Shown here piece after piece: positions 59,171-64,000 of a DNA stretch of 64,000 nt. A program made the translations under genes and the position numbers. The DNA is from a virus: positions 25,214-89,213 of IMG/VR virus record IMGVR_UViG_3300045988_108377; one strand, written 5' to 3'. The notes below the pieces were generated by a model. It saw only the letters and a program-made list of their open reading frames with translations. It ran no database searches and was not told the origin of the DNA. The first letter of the stretch is position 1. Every line of letters starts with the position of its first letter.

Positions 59171-59752
59171 TTATGGCACGCTTACGTTGAAGTAAGAAAG
59201 CAAGTTCTTTCTTCTCTCTATATACAACTCCTTCCATATAAAACCGCAACATTTCCTTTCTGAGCAAAACCCCTTGAAAACGCATTGAGGTTGACAAGCC
59301 TCTGCAAGTTCTGGCTCAATCTTAGATAGCTCATAGACCACTTTACTCCATATAGTCCTCGTCACAGAATCTGCCTTCCGACACAAGCGCAAGCGACTGA
59401 TGTTGATAACCTCCTGAGCGTTGAGGCTGAGCTGCATGTTTACCGGAGCATCTTGCGGCATTTCGTTGCGAGAAACCTTTGAACCGGTAATATCAGGTCT
59501 TGACGTACTCACAAATGGCTGTGCATGAACGTGGCGAACGAAATGCCCCATGTTGCAATAGGGTATGCCATATACCTTAATGTCAAATTCCAAAAGTCGG
59601 AGAGGGGAGTGCTCACTGACAATCATCTGCTTCTTGAACTCTTGACTTGGTTCCTTACCCAATCCTTCTTTGCGTTGGGTGAAGCGAGCGGCATCGACCA
59701 CTCGTTCCCAATCTGTCAACTTTTTAATTTCTATTTTAATGTTTTCAATCAT
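59171..59752 (-). CDS. ThyX-like (flavin-dependent thymidylate synthase fold) protein, short and motif-divergent
   Basis: 193 aa. SEHSPLRLLEFDIKVYGIPYCNMGHFVRHVHAQPFVSTSRPD aligns with ThyX ...EH..F.F.V......Q..RHRxxSxxxxSxRY, but the second R and the first S are replaced. NAQEVINISRLRLCRKA matches the ThyX helix. Confidence 0.6.
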   Translation of the reverse strand: MIENIKIEIKKLTDWERVVDAARFTQRKEGLGKEPSQEFKKQMIVSEHSPLRLLEFDIKVYGIPYCNMGHFVRHVHAQPFVSTSRPDITGSKVSRNEMPQDAPVNMQLSLNAQEVINISRLRLCRKADSVTRTIWSKVVYELSKIEPELAEACQPQCVFKGFCSERKCCGFIWKELYIERRKNLLSYFNVSVP

Positions 59753-59754
59753 AA

Positions 59755-60090
59755 TTAAACCTCCAAATATTTAAATCCACGAAATGGTTTGCACTCGATA
59801 GGCTCTTTGAAATAATGGAACTTACCACTGCGCTGAATAAAGTTGCCATTCCACCGCTTGCCAGTAGTCGTACATTCAAAGTCTCCTTTCTTGGCATAAC
59901 CAACGATGTTGTGCCAACCTATAATCTTTCCATTATAACACAAATAACATCGTTTGATGCTTTTTATGTCCTTTGGTAAGTTTGGAACCTTAAAGTTTAA
60001 TACATGGCTTCTATCTTCTACAGCCTTTAATTCTTTCTCGTAATCTTCCCACTTGATTTTCTTTGGAATAGTAATACAAATCGCTTTCAT
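59755..60090 (-). CDS. Hypothetical protein
   Basis: 111 aa, 2 nt from the ThyX-like gene. Confidence 0.6.
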   Translation of the reverse strand: MKAICITIPKKIKWEDYEKELKAVEDRSHVLNFKVPNLPKDIKSIKRCYLCYNGKIIGWHNIVGYAKKGDFECTTTGKRWNGNFIQRSGKFHYFKEPIECKPFRGFKYLEV

Positions 60091-60093
60091 TCC

Positions 60094-60384
60094 CTAATTT
60101 CTTGATTTATAAAAATGCAAATAACCTATGGCATAAGGTATGGTTACAGAACGAGACACGCAAAACACTACAGACTCTTGCTGCTCGTTATCCCATTCGT
60201 TTAGCCACTCTAACTTCAAACCTATAATGGATAGCTTTGACTTGATTACTTCTACAGTCTTTATGCACTCTTCTTTTGAGTTAAACAATAGTCGATCACC
60301 ATACTCTTTTAAAACGTTCTCAACTCTTGCCGAAAGGTCTTTATCTCTTTCTTGACCAGGGGCAAATATTCCAAAAAACTTCAT
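60094..60384 (-). CDS. Hypothetical protein
   Basis: 96 aa ORF. Confidence 0.6.
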   Translation of the reverse strand: MKFFGIFAPGQERDKDLSARVENVLKEYGDRLLFNSKEECIKTVEVIKSKLSIIGLKLEWLNEWDNEQQESVVFCVSRSVTIPYAIGYLHFYKSRN

Positions 60385-60500
60385 TTCCGTAAAATTTTAA
60401 TAAGTTCTACTAATCTTTTATTATCTTCCGTTAACTTAGCAACCTCTAATTTAAGTTGCTTAATTTCATGAATATAAGAAAGTTGTTCTAATGTTCCCAT
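60381..60500 (-). CDS. Coiled-coil microprotein (39 aa)
   Basis: Own translation MGTLEQLSYIHEIKQLKLEVAKLTEDNKRLVELIKILRK. ATGA overlap with 60094-60384. Confidence 0.4.
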   Translation of the reverse strand: MGTLEQLSYIHEIKQLKLEVAKLTEDNKRLVELIKILRK

Positions 60501-60540
60501 TATCTTTCTTCCGTATTTCTAATATTAACTTTTTTATACG

Positions 60541-61341
60541 CTACTCTTCTTTATCATCTTTCGGCTTTTCAATCAAGAACCCGATGCTGGCGTGAATATT
60601 ACCCAACTTATACCATTTCTGACTGAGGGTCATCACGTAACTACTGAAGGCATTTTCTTTAATATCTAACTCGAAATCTTCATCAGTATCAGGTTTACCA
60701 TGCCTTACATAACCTTTGCCAGGAGTATAGACAAGACGATAATAAACACCATTCTTACATAGATACAAACCGCTATTCTCGCAATCAGATGACCAGAACT
60801 CCGGCTTGCTAACATAACAAAGCATCACATCGCCATCGTAGATAGGGATATATGATTTCTTACCCTCATTCTTACCTACATAGTCCTTGGCATCGACATT
60901 ATCTACCTGATGGGCAATAGTCATCAAAGTGTAGCCGTTTTTTATCATTTCGGCTATCTCGATAAACGTAACCTGACATTGTAGATCAAACTCCTGCCGG
61001 AAATACTCTCCATCCTTATTAATAAAGATTGCGAGAATATTCGGCTTTCCGTCCTCGTCGTTGGCATTGGCGTTCTTGATAAGACTATTCAGCGTCTGTA
61101 ATTTGCGAGCTTCCTGCGCCATACTTACCATGGCATAGAAGTAAGCATCTGATTTTTCTCTGATACACCAATACTGCCCGGAAGCCACCTTGCGCAAATA
61201 GCTGTACATGTCCATCGCCTCACGCTCCGAAATGTCATGCTGCTGGCATACAAACTTGTATTGGTCTGGATAAAAACCTTCCACCAAATTACAGAATGCC
61301 TGCATATTTTTGATGGTGCTTACATATTCTTCTGTTTTCAT
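60541..61341 (-). CDS. Hypothetical protein
   Basis: 266 aa ORF. Confidence 0.65.
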   Translation of the reverse strand: MKTEEYVSTIKNMQAFCNLVEGFYPDQYKFVCQQHDISEREAMDMYSYLRKVASGQYWCIREKSDAYFYAMVSMAQEARKLQTLNSLIKNANANDEDGKPNILAIFINKDGEYFRQEFDLQCQVTFIEIAEMIKNGYTLMTIAHQVDNVDAKDYVGKNEGKKSYIPIYDGDVMLCYVSKPEFWSSDCENSGLYLCKNGVYYRLVYTPGKGYVRHGKPDTDEDFELDIKENAFSSYVMTLSQKWYKLGNIHASIGFLIEKPKDDKEE

Positions 61342-61348
61342 ACGCTAA

Positions 61349-61741
61349 TCATTTATTTTTAAATTTCTCAAAATAAAACTCTACAGGGGCATCAAATGCA
61401 GGAATAAGTAAACCGTATGCAATACTCATGTTTACTTGAAATTTAGCTGCACCTCTCAGCAACCCTTCTGCCTGTTGCTTTATGGCATTTCTAAACTGTT
61501 CGACGCTCATATCACGTTTACGAAAATTACAGGCACGGCAAGAAGGCATATAGTTACTGATTTTATCTTCACCGTGGGAAACTATAAATTTTCCATCCTT
61601 AGCACTCCAGCGATAGTAATGACCTCTATTTTTAGGAACAATATGATCGACCTGCATGTCCTCGTACTTAATTGATTTTCCACAATAAGCACAATGACCA
61701 TCATACATTTTGTAAACACGAAGCCGTTCTTCTTTCTTCAT
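61349..61741 (-). CDS. HNH endonuclease
   Basis: 130 aa. HCAYCGK ... VDHIVPKNRG ... MPSCRACNFRK. Confidence 0.85.
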   Translation of the reverse strand: MKKEERLRVYKMYDGHCAYCGKSIKYEDMQVDHIVPKNRGHYYRWSAKDGKFIVSHGEDKISNYMPSCRACNFRKRDMSVEQFRNAIKQQAEGLLRGAAKFQVNMSIAYGLLIPAFDAPVEFYFEKFKNK

Positions 61742-61768
61742 ACACTATTCCTTTTTATCTAACAAGAT

Positions 61769-62737
61769 TTATAATTTTATGTCTTGCTCTTGCTTTGTCA
61801 TAACTTTGCAGCCAAGATGCTTATTAAAATACTTTAAGTCCTTTCCGTTAATTTTTCTATCTGCAACAAATCGGTTATGCTGCAAAATACGAGACGATGC
61901 TATAGTTCGGGAACATGCGATCTGCCTGGCAGATAGGCTTTGATGGTATTCTTCCAATGTTTTGTCTATCTCATAACCAACAAAGTTTCTACCACTGTCT
62001 AATGCGGCTTGCATTGTCGTTCCAAGACCAAGGAATGGGTCGAGCACCGTGTCTCCCTTGCACGAATACATGTTGATAAGACGGTAAGGTATTTCGTAAG
62101 GGAAGGCTGCGCTTCTTGTTCGAGATTTTCCGTCAGCCATCTTCTGCTTTACACCCTTCACATTCCAGGTGTCAGAGAACCACGTATTTCTCTCTTCCCA
62201 GAAGAATGCGCTTTGTCTTCGAATTTTCTTCTCCTCCTCGGTCTTAAACTTTCGCCTTTTGCCCTTTCTGAATATTAGTATGTATTCGTGTTCGAGGGTG
62301 ATATAAGCACCACATGGAAGCATACCACTTCCCATAAACTTATTTGGGGCATTTGTTTGCTTCCTCCAAATGACGCATGGAAGTTCCGTAAAACCAAGAC
62401 CTCTGCAATATAGCGATATTTTCGCATGGTTATTGAACAGCTGGAAGTTTCCATTGATAGTTCTTGTAGCATCTCCTATATTGATACAAAGGAAACCTCC
62501 TTCTGAAAGAACCCTGTAACACTCCCTCCATATATTGTTGAGTATTCCGTGCATTAAATCGAAAGATACGGATGGATTATCTGCAAGGTTGCACGCAATG
62601 GCTTTATTTTGCATTGCAAATATATCGTCCCACATTTCAACCATCGGATATGGAGGCGATGTTACTACAATATTGATGCTTTCATCTGCCAACTCTCCCA
62701 TATTGCATGCCGACTTATAATAGATATTTCTTTTCAT
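61769..62737 (-). CDS. Beta-class DNA amino-methyltransferase (N4-cytosine or N6-adenine; SPPY type)
   Basis: 322 aa. Motif IV VVTSPPY precedes motif I VLDPFLGLGTT. HEYILIFRKG, AAFPYEIPYRLI. Confidence 0.85.
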   Translation of the reverse strand: MKRNIYYKSACNMGELADESINIVVTSPPYPMVEMWDDIFAMQNKAIACNLADNPSVSFDLMHGILNNIWRECYRVLSEGGFLCINIGDATRTINGNFQLFNNHAKISLYCRGLGFTELPCVIWRKQTNAPNKFMGSGMLPCGAYITLEHEYILIFRKGKRRKFKTEEEKKIRRQSAFFWEERNTWFSDTWNVKGVKQKMADGKSRTRSAAFPYEIPYRLINMYSCKGDTVLDPFLGLGTTMQAALDSGRNFVGYEIDKTLEEYHQSLSARQIACSRTIASSRILQHNRFVADRKINGKDLKYFNKHLGCKVMTKQEQDIKL

Positions 62738-62740
62738 ACA

Positions 62741-63139
62741 CTACACGAATTTAATGACAAAAAACTCTGTATCAAGCCACTTATCAGGGCACATACCCTT
62801 CTTAGGCCTACCGATGCTGATGCTTTCAATCTCCTTTTCTACCTTTGGACTATCGTCATAGTAGCCGTTCTTGAAGAGAACGTGAGTGAATGGTACGAAC
62901 TTCATTGTACCATTATTAAGTTTCTCCTTGATGGTATCGATGTCTATAAGCATCTCAAATGTCTTACCGATATGAAGCTTATTGTACTTATCGAAATCTT
63001 TGAATTCCTCATCCTTGACAAGGAGAAGTCGACTCATCCAAAAGTCTTTAATTATCCGATACTCTTCATTCTTTTCGCCCGATACTATCATATCGAACCA
63101 TTCCTTGCTGACGGTGAGGGTCAAAACTTTCTTTTCCAT
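62741..63139 (-). CDS. ASCH domain protein
   Basis: 132 aa. LTLTVSKEWFDMIVSGEKNEEYR is the ASCH N-terminal signature. 3 nt from the MTase gene. Confidence 0.65.
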   Translation of the reverse strand: MEKKVLTLTVSKEWFDMIVSGEKNEEYRIIKDFWMSRLLLVKDEEFKDFDKYNKLHIGKTFEMLIDIDTIKEKLNNGTMKFVPFTHVLFKNGYYDDSPKVEKEIESISIGRPKKGMCPDKWLDTEFFVIKFV

Positions 63140-63143
63140 ACGC

Positions 63144-63461
63144 TTACTTATTAATCAGTTCGTACACCTTTTCGAGTTCATCGGTGGATAGCTTATCTAA
63201 AGGATAATGACTTATCTTTTGAATGAGCATATCACGCTTATTCTCATCTTCAACCTTGGCTATCATTTCTTCGGTAGCTCTACTGATTGATGATGAATAA
63301 TATCCTCTATCTCCAGTGCTTAATCCGTCTGCTTTGCGGAACTTTTCTCCATCGACTATAACCATAGTCTTAGTCAGCCTCTCCACCTTGCAAACTTTCT
63401 TGCAATATCTACGATAGAGGATAACCTTGTCTCCTATCTTAATATCTTCTAAATTCTCCAT
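63144..63461 (-). CDS. Hypothetical protein
   Basis: 105 aa ORF. Confidence 0.6.
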   Translation of the reverse strand: MENLEDIKIGDKVILYRRYCKKVCKVERLTKTMVIVDGEKFRKADGLSTGDRGYYSSSISRATEEMIAKVEDENKRDMLIQKISHYPLDKLSTDELEKVYELINK

Positions 63462-63577
63462 ATTTATTTTCCCTTCTTTTTAATGCCCTGCGCGCCCATT
63501 TGTTCCAAAATAAATAATTTCTGCCATTTTCTCTTCTTTTTTTACCCTCTCCATGTTGCCAAGGAGAGGGTGGTTAG

Positions 63578-63940
63578 TTACTCTGTTACAACTTCCCAGT
63601 CTTCTGCGAACACATCGCTGGAAGATGGAACCCAAGAATCTGCACGACCATCCGGATTGATAATCAACATCTGATTGGTGTAATAAATGTGAGGATTCTC
63701 ACGGCTCATCAAGATGCCCTTTGCTGACTGAGGGAGTGACTGCATATTTGGAATGATATCACCAGTGATATGAGAAGGAACTTGCTTCACAACAAACAAG
63801 CCCTTTCCATACCAACCACTACGGCGGATAGCTCCACCCGCCTCCAAGAACTTGATGGCTGTGCCGAAATCAAATAGCTTCAGCAATGGGTTATTATTCT
63901 CTGCGGCGTCAATTCTGTTCTCCAACAAGCCACAGTACAT
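63578..63940 (-). CDS. DUF2829 (Tad2-like) protein
   Basis: 120 aa. FDFGTAIKFLEAGGAIRRSGWYGKGLFVV ... DSWVPSSSDVFAEDWEVV matches DUF2829 (f..Al.alk.G..v.R.gW.....pw.ps..DllA.DW). The frame stays open upstream to the window end, so the 5' end is uncertain. Confidence 0.65.
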   Translation of the reverse strand: MYCGLLENRIDAAENNNPLLKLFDFGTAIKFLEAGGAIRRSGWYGKGLFVVKQVPSHITGDIIPNMQSLPQSAKGILMSRENPHIYYTNQMLIINPDGRADSWVPSSSDVFAEDWEVVTE

Positions 63941-64000
63941 TTTCTGAGTCTTGTTCTGCGCATAAAGAAGAACTCTTGCAACAAGAGGAAGCTCGTTAAA

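Noticed and set aside
1-64000. Genome-wide stop-codon reassignment (TAG or TGA recoding), as reported in some Bacteroidota-associated phages.
   Set aside because: The long late genes (907, 1075 and 425 aa) are uninterrupted in the standard code, and many genes terminate cleanly at TAG (for example 18871, 34136, 34641, 46282, 56910, 60094, 60541). Only the isolated oddities at 33405 and 20218 remain.
1-64000. tRNA, tmRNA, rRNA, reverse transcriptase/DGR, transposase, and toxin-antitoxin pairs.
   Set aside because: By-eye scans of the intergenic regions found no GTTCGAATC/GGTTCAAATCC-type T-arm strings or cloverleaf-sized gaps, no YxDD-type ORF and no DDE-like ORF. tRNAscan-SE/Infernal would be the decisive check.

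Overview
The window is one contiguous segment of a temperate tailed-phage genome with no host flank visible, probably infecting a Bacteroidota host. About 105 tightly packed genes run on the minus strand, many translationally coupled through ATGA or TAATG junctions. Only a CI-like repressor (31214-31675) and a tyrosine integrase (31951-33180) are on the plus strand. I found no rRNA, tRNA, CRISPR array, transposase or reverse transcriptase. The host call rests on 13 copies of a ~110-nt early promoter/leader cassette carrying a Bacteroides-type promoter (TTTG, ~20-nt spacer where counted, then TAnnTTTG). Modules in minus-strand transcription order (high to low coordinates): (1) 64000-52300, early/accessory genes: DUF2829/Tad2-like, ASCH, SPPY amino-MTase, HNH, divergent ThyX-like, many small ORFs. 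(2) 52207-38140, late structural operon: ClpP-like protease-scaffold fusion, major capsid, putative portal, two giant 1075/907-aa fibre proteins, membrane proteins. (3) 37915-33207, unknown genes plus RadC. (4) 33180-31084, lysogeny switch: integrase, repressor, divergent promoters, candidate attP arm repeats. (5) 30930-16817, replication/recombination/modification: LuxR-type HTH, Sak4-like ATPase, PD-(D/E)XK exonuclease, SSB with DDDLPF tail, circularly permuted C5-MTase, SF2 helicase, VRR-NUC, initiator with internal iterons, YopX, dUTPase. (6) 16748-12124, one promoter-to-terminator unit joining the lysis cassette to MetK-MtnN(Pfs)-LuxS. (7) 12115-2928, early genes including a 540-aa ParB. 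(8) 2839-1, an operon of a dual-HTH regulator, a CmoA-like carboxy-SAM synthase and three tandem ParB/Srx-fold paralogs. The best candidate for a new system is the SAM-centred gene set: the CmoA-like gene with the ParB-like trio, MetK/MtnN/LuxS, and two DNA MTases. It suggests a phage-encoded SAM-supply and carboxy-SAM pathway for nucleic-acid (hyper)modification. All function calls come from motif recognition by eye; no database search or folding program was run.
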